64,000 nucleotides of DNA from Candidatus Daviesbacteria bacterium (GCA_016183305.1 JACPEW010000011.1:2020-66019); one strand, 5' to 3'; numbered from the stretch's first letter, positions 1 through 11,140 are shown. The notes: generated from the sequence alone by a model not told the origin. Numbers and translations: made by a program.

Positions 1-54
1 GGACCAGCACCCAAGCCAGCAGCTAAACCTGCTACTTCAGCCACAGCCACATGA
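1..54 (+). CDS. rpsL: 3' end of ribosomal protein S12 (Pro/Ala-rich tail), partial
   Basis: Frame 1 reads GPAPKPAAKPATSATAT*; identity inferred only from position before rpsG. Confidence 0.6.
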   Translation, partial: GPAPKPAAKPATSATAT

Positions 55-68
55 TAAGGATTTAAGAT

Positions 69-545
69 ATGAGAAGCAAAAAAGCGCCAAAAAAATTACT
101 TTCTCCAGATCCTGTTTATGGATCAAGACTGGTGACCAGATTTATTAATAAAATTATGGTTGCTGGTAAAAAAAGTACTGCAGAGAGTTTAGTTTATCAA
201 GCTCTGGAGACAATCAAAGAACAATCCAAGCAAGATCCTTTAGAAGTTTTTGAAAGAGCGATGCAAAACGTTGCTCCAAAAATGGAAGTAAGGCCTAGGA
301 GGGTAGGAGGAGCATCATATCAGGTGCCGATTGAGGTTAGAGGTGATAGAAAAGAAGCTTTAGCGATTAGATGGATTCTAGCTGGAGCTAAATCAAAGCC
401 TAATAAAGAGTATCATTCGTTTGGTAAAAAGCTAGCAGCCGAACTTATGGATGCTGCCGATAATACTGGTTTGGCTATTAAGAAAAAAGAAGATATTCAA
501 AGGCAAGCAGCAGCCAACCGCGCATTTTCGCACTTTAGATGGTAA
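69..545 (+). CDS. rpsG: 30S ribosomal protein S7
   Basis: PDPVYGS, EVRPRRVGGASYQVPIEV, ANRAFSHFRW motifs. Confidence 0.99.
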   Translation: MRSKKAPKKLLSPDPVYGSRLVTRFINKIMVAGKKSTAESLVYQALETIKEQSKQDPLEVFERAMQNVAPKMEVRPRRVGGASYQVPIEVRGDRKEALAIRWILAGAKSKPNKEYHSFGKKLAAELMDAADNTGLAIKKKEDIQRQAAANRAFSHFRW

Positions 546-570
546 ATTCATAAAGTGCTAATATAACTAT

Positions 571-774
571 ATGACTATAGAAAATAGAGTTTCCAAGCCA
601 CAAACAAGAGATTTAAGAAAACTAATTGATTTTAAGAGGTCTGATGTTCCGGAACAGCTTATAGCTTTGGAGAGGATGGATCCTACCGCGTTAGGTATTT
701 TAACCGGCAGGATAGACCCAGTGCAACTTGTGATTTGTGATCGCTTAGCTATTGTTTCTGGTAATGTGGATTGA
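571..774 (+). CDS. hypothetical protein
   Basis: 67-aa ATG ORF filling the gap after rpsG; no recognised motif. Confidence 0.45.
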   Translation: MTIENRVSKPQTRDLRKLIDFKRSDVPEQLIALERMDPTALGILTGRIDPVQLVICDRLAIVSGNVD

Positions 775-870
775 CTTAATCTAAGGTTGACTTTTAGGAT
801 CAGAGAAGTTAATATTTACTTGTAGCCTCCAGAGTTTGAGGGGGCTTCTTTTTTTAGATAGAAAGATCAT

Positions 871-1098
871 ATGGATAAAAACTTAAGACAAGAAAAATTA
901 AAGATGTGGAAAGAAAACCTCAAACAACTTGAGGATCAACTTGTGGCTGTTCAGCACAAAAAAGGTTTAGCTGCTCAAGAAGGAGATTTGTCTGAAAACG
1001 CAGCTTATTCTATGGCAATCGAAGATGCAGAGACTTTTAGGGTGCAAATAGAGCAAGTGAAAAAGATTATTAGAGATTTAGAGAAAGGAGATAAATAA
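871..1098 (+). CDS. stand-alone GreA/GreB N-terminal coiled-coil domain protein
   Basis: GDLSENAAY tip motif between two helices; no C-terminal domain. Confidence 0.8.
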   Translation: MDKNLRQEKLKMWKENLKQLEDQLVAVQHKKGLAAQEGDLSENAAYSMAIEDAETFRVQIEQVKKIIRDLEKGDK

Positions 1099-1212
1099 TT
1101 TTCAAGTATCAGTTTTCAATTATCAATGAATTTTCAATGTATTAATTTACAATTGAAAATTAGAAAATTAAATTATTGATTGAAAATTGTAAATTGGAAA
1201 TTGATAATTTCT
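1099..1212. repeat. AT-rich ~7-nt periodic imperfect palindrome
   Basis: TTTTCAA-like units on the left mirrored by TTGAAAA/AAATTG units on the right. Confidence 0.7.
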
Positions 1213-1216
1213 AAAC

Positions 1217-3355
1217 ATGGCCATTCAGAAAACTAAACGGGATTTCCCACTAGATCGGATACGTAATATCGGTATCATTGCTCATATTGATGCTGGTAAA
1301 ACTACTACTACTGAAAGAATACTCTTCTATACAGGCAGAACCTACAAAATAGGTAATATTGATGAGGGTACTACAGTGACTGACTGGATGGAACAGGAAA
1401 GAGAACGTGGTATTACTATTGTATCTGCTGCTATTACTGCTTTCTGGACAGTTAAAAAGGGTATGTATGAGGGGAATGAAATTAGAATTAATTTAATTGA
1501 TACCCCAGGCCATGTTGATTTTACTGCTGAAGTAGAAAGATCTTTAAGGGTATTAGATGGAGCAGTAATTGTTTTGGATTCTTCTTCTGGTGTGCAATCT
1601 CAAACTGAGACAGTTTGGAGACAGGCTAATAAATACAAAGTGCCTTTGATTGCTTTTTCCAACAAAATGGATGTAGTTGGAGCGGATTTTATAGCTACTA
1701 TTCAGTCTGCCAGGGACCGTTTGGGCGCTAATGCAATAGCTTACAACCTGCCGATTGGCAAAGAAAATGATTTTAAAGGAGCGGTTGATTTATTGACTGA
1801 AAAAGCTTTGATTTGGGAAGGTGATGCAACTGGAGCCAAATTTAACGAAACAGAGATTCCTGCTGATATGGTTGATCAAGTAAAGCAAGCGAGAGAGAAG
1901 TTAGTGGAGGAGATTGCAGGCAGTGATGATGCGTTAATGGAAAAATATTTGGGAGGAGAAGAAATTACCGTTACCCAGTTAAAAGAAGCTTTGAGAAGAG
2001 CTGTGATTGATAATAAAATTGTTCCGGTGATGGCTGGTTCGTCTCTGCGGAATAAAGGTGTTCAGCCAATGCTTGATGCAGTCGTAGAATATCTTCCTTC
2101 TCCGCAAGATATATATACAGTGTCTGGTGTAAACCCAAGATCAAGCGAGACAGAAGAAAGAAAAGGTGACCCCAATGCTCCTTTGGCAGCTTTAGCATTT
2201 AAAATTCAAGTAGATCCTCATGTTGGAAAATTAACTTATATCAGGGTTTATTCGGGAACCTTAAAAAGTGGTTCTTATGTTTATAACTCTACCAAACAAA
2301 TTAAAGAAAGAATTGGCAGGTTGCTTTTAATGCATGCTAATGACAGAGAAGAGATTGAGGAGGCTTTTGCTGGAGAAATTGTGGCAGCTGTTGGGCTTAA
2401 AGATACTATTACTGGAAACACTCTTTGTGATGAAACTGCTCCAATTATTTTAGAATCTATCTCTTTTCCAGATCCAGTTATTTCTTTGGCTATTGAGCCA
2501 AAAACAAAATCAGATCAGGAAAAATTAGGCTATGCCCTACAGAGATTATCCGAGGAAGACCCCACTTTTAGGGTTAAATCAGATGTAGAAACAGCCCAAA
2601 CTATTATTGCTGGGATGGGTGAGCTGCAGCTTGAGATTTTGGTTGACCGGATGAAGAGAGAATTTAAAGTTGAGGCTAATGTTGGCCAACCTCAAGTTGC
2701 CTATAAAGAAACAATTACTAAAATTGCTGAAGGTGAGGGTAAATATATCAGGCAAACCGGTGGCAGGGGTCAGTATGGCCACTGTTTGCTGAGGATCGAG
2801 CCACTTCCCCGGGGAACAGGCAGAGAGTTTATATCAGAAGTGGTTGGTGGTGCTATCCCCAGAGAGTTTATTTCGCCAATAGAAAAAGGTGTTATAGAAA
2901 AAGAAGATACAGGAATTCTGGCTGGATATCCGGTGACTGATATTAAAGTAGCAGTTTATGATGGATCTTTCCATGATGTTGATTCTTCTGAAATAGCTTT
3001 TAAGATTGCTGCTTCTTTAGGTTTGTCTGAAGCTGCTAAAAAAGCAGACATGATTTTACTGGAGCCTATAATGAAGGTAGAAGTCACCACCCCTGATGAG
3101 TTTTTAGGAGAAATTATCGGTGATTTGTCTTCAAAACGGGCTCAAATTTTATCTTCAGAAACAAAGAATAAGGCCAGAGTTATTTTAGCTTTAGTGCCTT
3201 TGGCAGAAATGCACGGTTATGCTACAGCCATAAGAAGTATGTCTCAAGGCAGAGCTACTTACTATATGGAAGCAGACCACTATGAGCCAGTCCCTTCAAA
3301 TATTACTCAAAAGATCATAGAATCCTCAGGCTTTACAGGCAGGGTAGAGCACTAA
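1217..3355 (+). CDS. fusA: elongation factor G
   Basis: [27 protein letters not shown]; 712 aa. Confidence 0.99.
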   Translation: MAIQKTKRDFPLDRIRNIGIIAHIDAGKTTTTERILFYTGRTYKIGNIDEGTTVTDWMEQERERGITIVSAAITAFWTVKKGMYEGNEIRINLIDTPGHVDFTAEVERSLRVLDGAVIVLDSSSGVQSQTETVWRQANKYKVPLIAFSNKMDVVGADFIATIQSARDRLGANAIAYNLPIGKENDFKGAVDLLTEKALIWEGDATGAKFNETEIPADMVDQVKQAREKLVEEIAGSDDALMEKYLGGEEITVTQLKEALRRAVIDNKIVPVMAGSSLRNKGVQPMLDAVVEYLPSPQDIYTVSGVNPRSSETEERKGDPNAPLAALAFKIQVDPHVGKLTYIRVYSGTLKSGSYVYNSTKQIKERIGRLLLMHANDREEIEEAFAGEIVAAVGLKDTITGNTLCDETAPIILESISFPDPVISLAIEPKTKSDQEKLGYALQRLSEEDPTFRVKSDVETAQTIIAGMGELQLEILVDRMKREFKVEANVGQPQVAYKETITKIAEGEGKYIRQTGGRGQYGHCLLRIEPLPRGTGREFISEVVGGAIPREFISPIEKGVIEKEDTGILAGYPVTDIKVAVYDGSFHDVDSSEIAFKIAASLGLSEAAKKADMILLEPIMKVEVTTPDEFLGEIIGDLSSKRAQILSSETKNKARVILALVPLAEMHGYATAIRSMSQGRATYYMEADHYEPVPSNITQKIIESSGFTGRVEH

Positions 3356-3400
3356 TAATTTAGTTGTTGTCTTTCTTTATAAAAGTAGTATATTAAAAGT

Positions 3401-3905
3401 ATGAGTGTAGGTTTATCATCTCCTGATGTGTCTGCCGGAATGGATATACCTCCTGGTGCTGAACGGGCATACGCAATTGATTACAGGCGTGCGTTGTAGA
3501 AGTAGTTTTAGATGCAGGACTTGTTAGGCCGGCATCAAGAGAAATTAAATGAGGATTTACTTACGATGGTAAAGGACGCACATATCCGGATTTTGTTGTA
3601 CCTGAAGCAGTAAGCAGGGCTTTAGCTGAAAACCCAGTTTATCGGGAGATTTATTAGGGGGGAGGAATCATCAAATACATTATTTTCCATTGGCCAGGCA
3701 GGGTGAACAGCGTAGCTATGTTTTTAGAGAAGAGGGTCAACCAAGTTTGTGGGATACTGACGTTGAACGGGACTGTTTTCGTAAAATGGAACCTGGGATT
3801 AAAAGTTCATTGAATCGCTTAAAGCGGTTCCCCGATACCTTTAGACCCTCTGTGGGAGAAAGATTAAGAAGTAGTTTCTTTAAAATAACCGGGTCCGCAT
3901 TTTAA
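3401..3905 (+). pseudogene. possible fragmented hypothetical gene
   Basis: ATG at 3401 after a promoter-like AT tract, short ORF pieces in different frames ending at 3905. Confidence 0.3.
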
Positions 3906-4049
3906 CTATTGCATTTTGTAAGGATTTTAGGTATATTATTAACTGTTCCAGCTTAAGAGCTGGATTTTCTTGCCCTAAATGGATTATTGCATTAGTTGAT
4001 TATTTGTTTTAAACTATTAACTAAGAACTATTAACTAAAAATTAAACTT

Positions 4050-5234
4050 ATGGCTGACCAGAAAAAATTTGATAGATCAAAACCACACGTTAATGTTGGA
4101 ACCATGGGTCATGTTGACCATGGCAAGACTACCTTAACTGCTGCAATTACTAATGTACTGGCTGCAAAAGGTATGGCAGAAAAAAGGTCTGTTGACCAAA
4201 TTGATAACGCCCCAGAAGAAAAAGCCCGCGGTATTACTATTAATATTTCCCATCAAGAATATGAAACTGAAAAAAGACACTATGCTCATATTGATATGCC
4301 AGGTCATGCAGATTACATCAAAAACATGATTACTGGTGCTGCTCAAACCGATGGAGCAATTTTGGTAGTGTCTGCTCCAGATGGCCCAATGCCTCAAACC
4401 AGAGAACATTTGCTTCTAGCCAGACAAGTAGGAGTTCCAGCTATTGTAGTGTTTTTGAATAAAGTAGATATGGTAGATGATGCAGAACTTTTAGACTTGG
4501 TTGAAGAAGAAGTAAGGGATTTACTGAAAAAATATGAATATGATCCAAATTCCCCTATTATTAGAGGTTCAGCTAAAAAAGCTTTAGAAGGTGATCCAGA
4601 AGCAGTTAAAGCTGTTGAGGAGTTAATGAATAAAGTAGACGAGTGGATTCCTACTCCAGTGAGAGATACTGACAAACCATTTTTAATGGCAATTGAAGAT
4701 GTTTTCTCTATCAAAGGTAGAGGCACTGTGGTTACTGGAAGAATTGAAAGAGGTGGGGTTAAGGTTAATGAAGAAATTGAGATTGTTGGTATTAGACCAA
4801 CTAAAAAGAGTGTTGTAACAGGTATTGAAATGTTCCACAAGATGCTTGATGAAGGTCAAGCTGGAGATAATGCTGGAATATTGCTTCGGGGTGTTGAGAA
4901 AGATGATGTAGAAAGAGGCCAAGTTTTAGCCAAACCAGGTTCAATTACTCCTCATTCTGAGTTTGAAGCTGAAGTTTATATCTTAAGCAAAGAAGAAGGC
5001 GGAAGACATACACCATTTTTTAAAGGCTATAGACCACAGTTTTATGTCAGAACCACAGATGTGACTGGTGAGATTCAACTTCCAGAAGGAGTTGAAATGG
5101 CTATGCCTGGAGACACAGTTAAAGTTACAGGTAAGCTTATCACTCCAGTTGCTATGGAAGAAGGTTTAAGGTTTGCTGTTAGAGAAGGTGGAAAAACAGT
5201 TGGAGCCGGAGTTATTACTAAAATTATTGCTTAA
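4050..5234 (+). CDS. tuf: elongation factor Tu
   Basis: [34 protein letters not shown]. Confidence 0.99.
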   Translation: MADQKKFDRSKPHVNVGTMGHVDHGKTTLTAAITNVLAAKGMAEKRSVDQIDNAPEEKARGITINISHQEYETEKRHYAHIDMPGHADYIKNMITGAAQTDGAILVVSAPDGPMPQTREHLLLARQVGVPAIVVFLNKVDMVDDAELLDLVEEEVRDLLKKYEYDPNSPIIRGSAKKALEGDPEAVKAVEELMNKVDEWIPTPVRDTDKPFLMAIEDVFSIKGRGTVVTGRIERGGVKVNEEIEIVGIRPTKKSVVTGIEMFHKMLDEGQAGDNAGILLRGVEKDDVERGQVLAKPGSITPHSEFEAEVYILSKEEGGRHTPFFKGYRPQFYVRTTDVTGEIQLPEGVEMAMPGDTVKVTGKLITPVAMEEGLRFAVREGGKTVGAGVITKIIA

Positions 5235-5297
5235 GATATTTCTGGTGATCAAAATGGGGTAAAAGCCCTCGCACATTAACAGTAGGAAGTAAAAAAT

Positions 5298-5606
<309 letters not shown>

Positions 5607-5895
5607 TAAAAAGTAAGAGTAGATGACTAAAGTAATAGAGATAGGATAAATTCCTCCTTCTTATTTGTTTCATCTTAGTTCTTTTATGAGTTGGGTTAAT
5701 TAAATGATTCTATCCTGAACGGGTTATTAAGATTTTTTCTCCAAATGCGGGAGTGATATTTTCATTACCCCTCCACTTCCTAAAATAGAAATTAAAGGCT
5801 TTTTGTTTTGCCTTATCAAACTGACTTTTCTTTCTTTGTTTAGTTATGTAAATTTATTGTAGCACTCTATAGCACGCCGGCGTGCTTTTTCCTTT

Positions 5896-6132
5896 TTACT
5901 GTGCAGCTACAAATTCTGCCATCTCTTTTAAATTATTCTGAAAGTTTTTCACATCTTCAGAAAATAGCAAAAAAGAATTTCTTTTTCTGTTTTGGCCTTC
6001 TCCCAAAAACTGAGATTCAGTAATTTTTAAATACTTATTGTTGTTGGAAGCGATATTAACATCAAAGAAGTAAGTTCTTTTGCCACACTTTAAAACAGCG
6101 GATTTGACTGGTTGCTTAATACTCTTTTCCAT
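5896..6132 (-). CDS. DUF3276 / PUR-like ssDNA-RNA binding protein
   Basis: GKRTYFFDV...YLKITES signature; likely start MEKSIKQ. Confidence 0.8.
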   Translation of the reverse strand: MEKSIKQPVKSAVLKCGKRTYFFDVNIASNNNKYLKITESQFLGEGQNRKRNSFLLFSEDVKNFQNNLKEMAEFVAAQ

Positions 6133-6257
6133 GTCTTTTTGTTCACCCCCTTTCCAGTTACTCGCACCTACTTTGTTTATACCCCAACAAAAACCGAATG
6201 TCAATACCCCCTTTTTACTATAGTTGCATTTGAGCTTGAACTTGTGTTAAAATTCAA

Positions 6258-6393
6258 TTTAACTGATGATTTTGTTATCAGGTTAAATTAAAATTAATTA
6301 AATTTCAGTAGATCGCGCGTCTAAAAGCGATACGGCGGTTGAAGCGAGATACTGAGTGAGATCCTGAGATTGTTGAAGGACTCACTCTTTTTT
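6258..6393 (+). promoter_or_regulatory. structured leader with intrinsic terminator upstream of rplC
   Basis: Stem CAGTA-GA-TCGC/GCGA-GA-TACTG (6306-6354), then GAGTGAG..CTCACTC-TTTTTT (6354-6393). Confidence 0.6.
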
Positions 6394-6410
6394 GTGTTTG
6401 AATAAAGGTT

Positions 6411-7211
6411 ATGATCAATACATTATTTGGTATTAAAAAAGATATGACTGCTACCTATGACTCCCGCGGAAGAAGGGTAGGGGCTACTATGGTGGAAATT
6501 GTTCCTAATTTTGTAACTCAAGTAAAAACTAGTGAAGGCAAGGATGGATATAATGCAGTTCAGCTTGGAATTGGCAGTAAAAAAAGTGTTAAAAAACCCC
6601 AACTTGGGCATAGCAAAAAAGCTGGTATTGAGCAACCGCTTAGATGGATGAGAGAAGCCGCAACTGAGGAAAATACACAAGCAGAAAACTTAAAACCTGG
6701 AACAGCAATTAAACTGGATCAGGTTTTTTCAATAGGTGATTCTATTAAAGTTAGTGGCACTTCTAAGGGTAAGGGTTTTCAGGGTGGAGTTAGGCGCCAT
6801 GGTTTCCATGGGGGACCAAAAACTCATGGTCAATCAGATAGGTTAAGAGCTCCTGGTGCAATTGGTTCTGGTACCACCCCGGGTAGAGTCTATAAAGGTA
6901 AAAGAATGGCAGGGCATATGGGTAATTCAGGAGTTAGCGTAAAGAATTTAGAGGTTGTAGGTATAGATAAACAAAAGAATTTATTATTAGTAAAAGGCAG
7001 TGTGCCAGGTGCAGCAGGCAGTTTAGTGATGGTAACTAAATTAGGCAGAGTTAAGGGCTATACCCCACCTCCCGAAGAAAAGCCATCAGAAGAAGAACAA
7101 GCAGAAGCGCAGGAAGCAGAAGCCAAACAAGAACAGGCAGCTGAAGAAGTCCCTCAGTCAGAAGCTGGTCAGTCTGTAGCTGAAAAAGAAGGAGAGCAAA
7201 ATGCCAGTTAA
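6411..7211 (+). CDS. rplC: 50S ribosomal protein L3 (acidic C-terminal extension)
   Basis: DGYNAVQLG, SKGKGFQG, PGRVYKGKRMAGHMG. Confidence 0.99.
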   Translation: MINTLFGIKKDMTATYDSRGRRVGATMVEIVPNFVTQVKTSEGKDGYNAVQLGIGSKKSVKKPQLGHSKKAGIEQPLRWMREAATEENTQAENLKPGTAIKLDQVFSIGDSIKVSGTSKGKGFQGGVRRHGFHGGPKTHGQSDRLRAPGAIGSGTTPGRVYKGKRMAGHMGNSGVSVKNLEVVGIDKQKNLLLVKGSVPGAAGSLVMVTKLGRVKGYTPPPEEKPSEEEQAEAQEAEAKQEQAAEEVPQSEAGQSVAEKEGEQNAS

Positions 7212-7917
7212 GAAAACAACAACTAAAAAGTCTACAGCTAACCGTCTACCGTCTACCGCGAAAAAAGCAGTAGTCAGTAGTCAGAAGCCGGTAAGCTTGT
7301 CTATTCCTGTTTATTCTATGGTTGGCGCAGAATCTGGTAGCTTAACTTTACCTAAGGAGATTTTTGCTGTTAAGGTTAATAAGCAGCTTTTGGCGCAAGC
7401 TATGAGAATATATATGACCAATCAAAAAAATTTGAATGCTTTTACCAAAACTAGGGGTGAAGTAGAAGAAAAAGGTACAGGCAGGGCAAGACACGGAGCG
7501 GTTAGGGCTCCTATTTTTGTCGGAGGAGGAATAATCTTTGGTCCAAAGCCTCGTAAAGTTAGGTTGGAGTTGCCACAAGCAATGAAGAAGGCAGCCCTTT
7601 TCTCCGCTTTAGCATCAAAACTTGCAGACAAAAATGTAGTTGGAGTAACAGGAATTGAGAAAGCATTAGGCAAGACTAAAGAAGTAGTGCAATTATTAAG
7701 CAAAATTATTGGAAAAGATCAAAAAATAAAAAGCGCCTTAATTATGATTGAAGGAAAAAGTGATAATGTAGTCAGAGCAGCTAAGAATATCCAAGGGGTT
7801 GACGTGATACAAACGAATCTTCTTAACGCCTATGAGGTTTTAAGGCACGAAATGCTGATTTTGACAAAAGAGGCAGTGGAAAAATTAACCAAACCAAACC
7901 AAGAGGAGAAAAAATGA
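7201..7917 (+). CDS. rplD: 50S ribosomal protein L4
   Basis: TKTRGEV..KGTGRARHG, GGGIIFGPKP; tunnel loop appears ~8 aa short. Confidence 0.97.
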   Translation: MPVKKTTTKKSTANRLPSTAKKAVVSSQKPVSLSIPVYSMVGAESGSLTLPKEIFAVKVNKQLLAQAMRIYMTNQKNLNAFTKTRGEVEEKGTGRARHGAVRAPIFVGGGIIFGPKPRKVRLELPQAMKKAALFSALASKLADKNVVGVTGIEKALGKTKEVVQLLSKIIGKDQKIKSALIMIEGKSDNVVRAAKNIQGVDVIQTNLLNAYEVLRHEMLILTKEAVEKLTKPNQEEKK

Positions 7918-8345
7918 TAGTTTTGAAAAAACCAATTATTACTGAAAAGTCTATGAAGCTTGCTCAAAACGGTTTATATACTTTTGAGGTTGCTAAAGAA
8001 GCTACAAAACCAATGATAGCAAAAATGGTGGCTGGGAAATTTAATGTTAAAGTATTAGGAGTTAAAGTAATAAATGTTAAAGGACAAAGCAAGTCACAAA
8101 GAAAGGTGCGGAAATTATATAGGACTACTGGGTTTAAAAAGGCCTTAGTTCAAGTTGGTAAAGGAGAAAAAATTGCTATTTTTGAGACTCCAAAAGAAGA
8201 AGAGGTAACAGTAACAACTGCAGAAGGCGAACCAATCAAATTAAGGGAGAAAAAAGATATCCTGGGTAGGACTAGAGTAAAAGTTGAAAAAGGAGCAGTT
8301 GGGGCAGCTCCCACAACCCAAAGAAAGGTAATAACAGGGAAATAA
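7914..8345 (+). CDS. rplW: 50S ribosomal protein L23 (C-terminal extension)
   Basis: PIITEKS, YTFEV, KKALV. Confidence 0.96.
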   Translation: MIVLKKPIITEKSMKLAQNGLYTFEVAKEATKPMIAKMVAGKFNVKVLGVKVINVKGQSKSQRKVRKLYRTTGFKKALVQVGKGEKIAIFETPKEEEVTVTTAEGEPIKLREKKDILGRTRVKVEKGAVGAAPTTQRKVITGK

Positions 8346-9085
8346 TGAAAAATTTAAAAACATTATTAAAAAAGCATTCCGGTAGATCGTCCGGGGGTAT
8401 GGTTACTGTCCGGAGCCAGGGGGGAAGACACAAGAGATACTACAGGGAGATTGATTTTAAAAGGGATAAATTTGGAGTGTCAGGTGAGGTTGTAAGTTTG
8501 GAATATGATCCAAATAGAAATGTGGAAATTGCTTTAGTCAAATATTCAGACGGAGACCGTAGATATATTTTGGTTGCAAAAGGAATAAACATTGGAGATA
8601 AGGTAATATCAGGGGAAAAAGTAGAAAATAAAACAGGTAACACTATGAAACTTAAAAATATTACTGTCGGAGCTTTAGTTCATAATGTTGAATTAGTACC
8701 TGGTAAGGGCGGACAATTGGGAAGAAGCGCAGGGGTGGCTTTGCAGCTTCTAGCAAAAGAAGGTAATTTTGCTCATTTGAAATTACCTTCAGGAGAGATT
8801 AGAATGGTTCCTCTGCAGTCATTGGCCACAATCGGGGTTTTGGGTAATGAGGATATCAGGCAAAGAGTTTTAGGTAAAGCTGGTACATCACGTCATATGG
8901 GTATCAAGCCAAATGTCCGGGGTGTGGCGCAAGACCCAGACTCCCATCCTCATGGAGGAGGAGAAGGCAGGTCTGGTATAGGACGCAAAAGCCCGATGAC
9001 CAAATATGGCAAAAAAGCTGTTGGTAAAACCAGGAATAAAAGAAAACAGACAAGTAGATATATCATTAAGAGGAGGAAACCATAA
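8345..9085 (+). CDS. rplB: 50S ribosomal protein L2 (short N-terminus)
   Basis: EYDPNRN, HPHGGGEG. Confidence 0.98.
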   Translation: MKNLKTLLKKHSGRSSGGMVTVRSQGGRHKRYYREIDFKRDKFGVSGEVVSLEYDPNRNVEIALVKYSDGDRRYILVAKGINIGDKVISGEKVENKTGNTMKLKNITVGALVHNVELVPGKGGQLGRSAGVALQLLAKEGNFAHLKLPSGEIRMVPLQSLATIGVLGNEDIRQRVLGKAGTSRHMGIKPNVRGVAQDPDSHPHGGGEGRSGIGRKSPMTKYGKKAVGKTRNKRKQTSRYIIKRRKP

Positions 9086-9094
9086 AGGGTAAAC

Positions 9095-9363
9095 ATGAGT
9101 AGATCAACAAGAAAAGGACCATACATTGATGAGAAGTTAATGAAAAAGGTGCAGGCTCAAAAAGCTGGAGGGTCTAAAAACCCCATTAAAACCTGGGCAA
9201 GGAATTCACAAATTCCACCAGAATTTGTTGGGCATACATTTTTGGTTCATCAAGGGAAGAATTTCGTGACAGTATTTACAACTGAATCAATGGTAGGACA
9301 TAGATTAGGAGAGTATTTAGAGGTCATGGAAAGGTAACTGAAAAGAGTACAGCTAAGACTTAA
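9095..9363 (+). CDS. rpsS: 30S ribosomal protein S19, apparently frameshifted near the 3' end
   Basis: SRSTRKGPYID...MVGHRLGE; conserved tail FRGHGKVTEKSTAKT* lies in another frame (to 9363); called ORF stops at 9337. Confidence 0.93.
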
Positions 9364-9380
9364 AAGTCCAAAACAAAAAT

Positions 9381-9806
9381 ATGGAGATAACAACGATACA
9401 AAAATATGTGCATACTAGCCCCCGGAAATTGAGGCTAGTTTCTGATATGGTAAGAAAAATGGCTCCACAAAAATCTTTGGATGTCTTAAGACTTACTCCT
9501 AAAATGGCAGCCAAAGATCTAGTAAAGGCTTTAGAAACAGTATTGGCAAACGCTAAACAAAAAGATTTAAATCCCCAAAATCTTAGATTTAGCAAAATTG
9601 AAATAAACGAAAGCGCAAAAATGCGTCGTTTCCGGGCAGGCACCAGAGGCAGGGTCAGACCGTTTAAAAGAAGAATGAGCCATATAAAGATAGTGCTGAC
9701 AGATGATTTAAAGAGTCATAAAGAGTCAAAAGTAAAAACATCTGACTCTAAGTTGCCAAAGACAACTGATCATTCTGTGACTCTGAAGAAAGGGGAGACT
9801 AAGTAA
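9381..9806 (+). CDS. rplV: 50S ribosomal protein L22
   Basis: SPRKLRLV, RAGTRGR...SHIKIVL. Confidence 0.98.
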   Translation: MEITTIQKYVHTSPRKLRLVSDMVRKMAPQKSLDVLRLTPKMAAKDLVKALETVLANAKQKDLNPQNLRFSKIEINESAKMRRFRAGTRGRVRPFKRRMSHIKIVLTDDLKSHKESKVKTSDSKLPKTTDHSVTLKKGETK

Positions 9807-10447
9807 TGGGGCAGAAGATTCACCCAATTGGCTTTAGAATGGGGATTGGAGCAGCCTGGAAGTCACGTTGGTTTGCTACTGGCTTGAAATACCGCCAGTA
9901 TGTTTCAGAAGACTTAATAATCCGTGAGTTGCTGATGAAAAAGCTTAGAGCTGCAGGAATTGGTTCTGTAGAAATTGAAAGAGCTGTTAATAAGCTAAAA
10001 GTAATTATCTATGTTTCCCGGCCAGGAGTTTTGATTGGACGGGGCGGAAGCGGATTAACCGGGATCAAAAAATTTGTGATGAATGAGATGAAAATTAAAA
10101 ATGATAATAGTTTAGAAATCGTACCAAGAGAATTAAAATCAGCTGATTTATCAGCATACCTGGTTGCTCAATCAGTTGCTGAGCAATTGGCCCGGAGATT
10201 GCCTGCGCAAAGAGTGATGAGTCAGGCAATAGAAAGAGCAATGAGAAGCGGAGCAAAAGGAGTAAGGGTAGTGCTTTCCGGAAGAATTGGGGGAGCAGAA
10301 ATTGCCAGACGCGAATGGAAAAGCCAAGGAACAATGCCTTTACATACTTTAAGAGCTGATATAGACTTTGCAGCTTATCCTGCTTTAACAAAATCAGGAT
10401 ATGTGGGAGTCAAAGTTTGGATTAATAAAGGAGAAGTGGAAATATAA
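9806..10447 (+). CDS. rpsC: 30S ribosomal protein S3
   Basis: [30 protein letters not shown]. Confidence 0.99.
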   Translation: MGQKIHPIGFRMGIGAAWKSRWFATGLKYRQYVSEDLIIRELLMKKLRAAGIGSVEIERAVNKLKVIIYVSRPGVLIGRGGSGLTGIKKFVMNEMKIKNDNSLEIVPRELKSADLSAYLVAQSVAEQLARRLPAQRVMSQAIERAMRSGAKGVRVVLSGRIGGAEIARREWKSQGTMPLHTLRADIDFAAYPALTKSGYVGVKVWINKGEVEI

Positions 10448-10857
10448 TGGGACTATTACAACCAAAAAGAACAAAATATAGAAAAACATTTAAAGGTAAA
10501 AGAGGCGGAGTGGCTACTAGAGGCAACAGCTTGTCTTTTGGCAACTTTGGCCTTAAGGCTATGGAGTGCGGTTTTATTTCTGCTAGGCAAATTGAGTCAG
10601 CAAGACGGGCGATGGCTCATTTTACCCAAAGAGGCGGACGTATTTGGATTAGGATTTTTCCAGATAAACCAATTACTAAACATCCAGCAGAATCAAGAAT
10701 GGGTTCAGGTAAAGGCGATGTGGAAGGTTATGTAGCAGTGATAAAACCTGGGCAATTAATTTTTGAAATGGGAGCTGTGGCCAAGGATGTAGCAGAAGAA
10801 GCATTAAGGTTGGCATCACATAAGCTGCCTTTGGATACTAAATTTATAGAAAGGTAA
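10447..10857 (+). CDS. rplP: 50S ribosomal protein L16
   Basis: [25 protein letters not shown]. Confidence 0.99.
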   Translation: MGLLQPKRTKYRKTFKGKRGGVATRGNSLSFGNFGLKAMECGFISARQIESARRAMAHFTQRGGRIWIRIFPDKPITKHPAESRMGSGKGDVEGYVAVIKPGQLIFEMGAVAKDVAEEALRLASHKLPLDTKFIER

Positions 10858-10861
10858 GAGT

Positions 10862-11140
10862 ATGAAAAAGAACGAATTTATACAAATTAAAGGTTTAGAT
10901 TTAAAAGAATTAAAGACTAAAGTAAGCAGTTTAAGAGATGAAATAGCAAATTTAGTTTTAGATAAAAATATGAAAAAACTAAAAGATAAAAAGAGTATCT
11001 TTAAAAAGAAAAAAGACTTAGCTCAAGTTTTGACAATAGTAAGACAAAAAGGATTGTTGTTAGAATTAGAAAACAAAAAAGAACTAAAACTTACAGCAGT
11101 TGGAAAGGTAGGACCCAAACAGTCCAAAACTAAAAAATGA
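10862..11140 (+). CDS. rpmC: 50S ribosomal protein L29
   Basis: Position between rplP and rpsQ; KKDLAQVLT motif. Confidence 0.88.
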   Translation: MKKNEFIQIKGLDLKELKTKVSSLRDEIANLVLDKNMKKLKDKKSIFKKKKDLAQVLTIVRQKGLLLELENKKELKLTAVGKVGPKQSKTKK

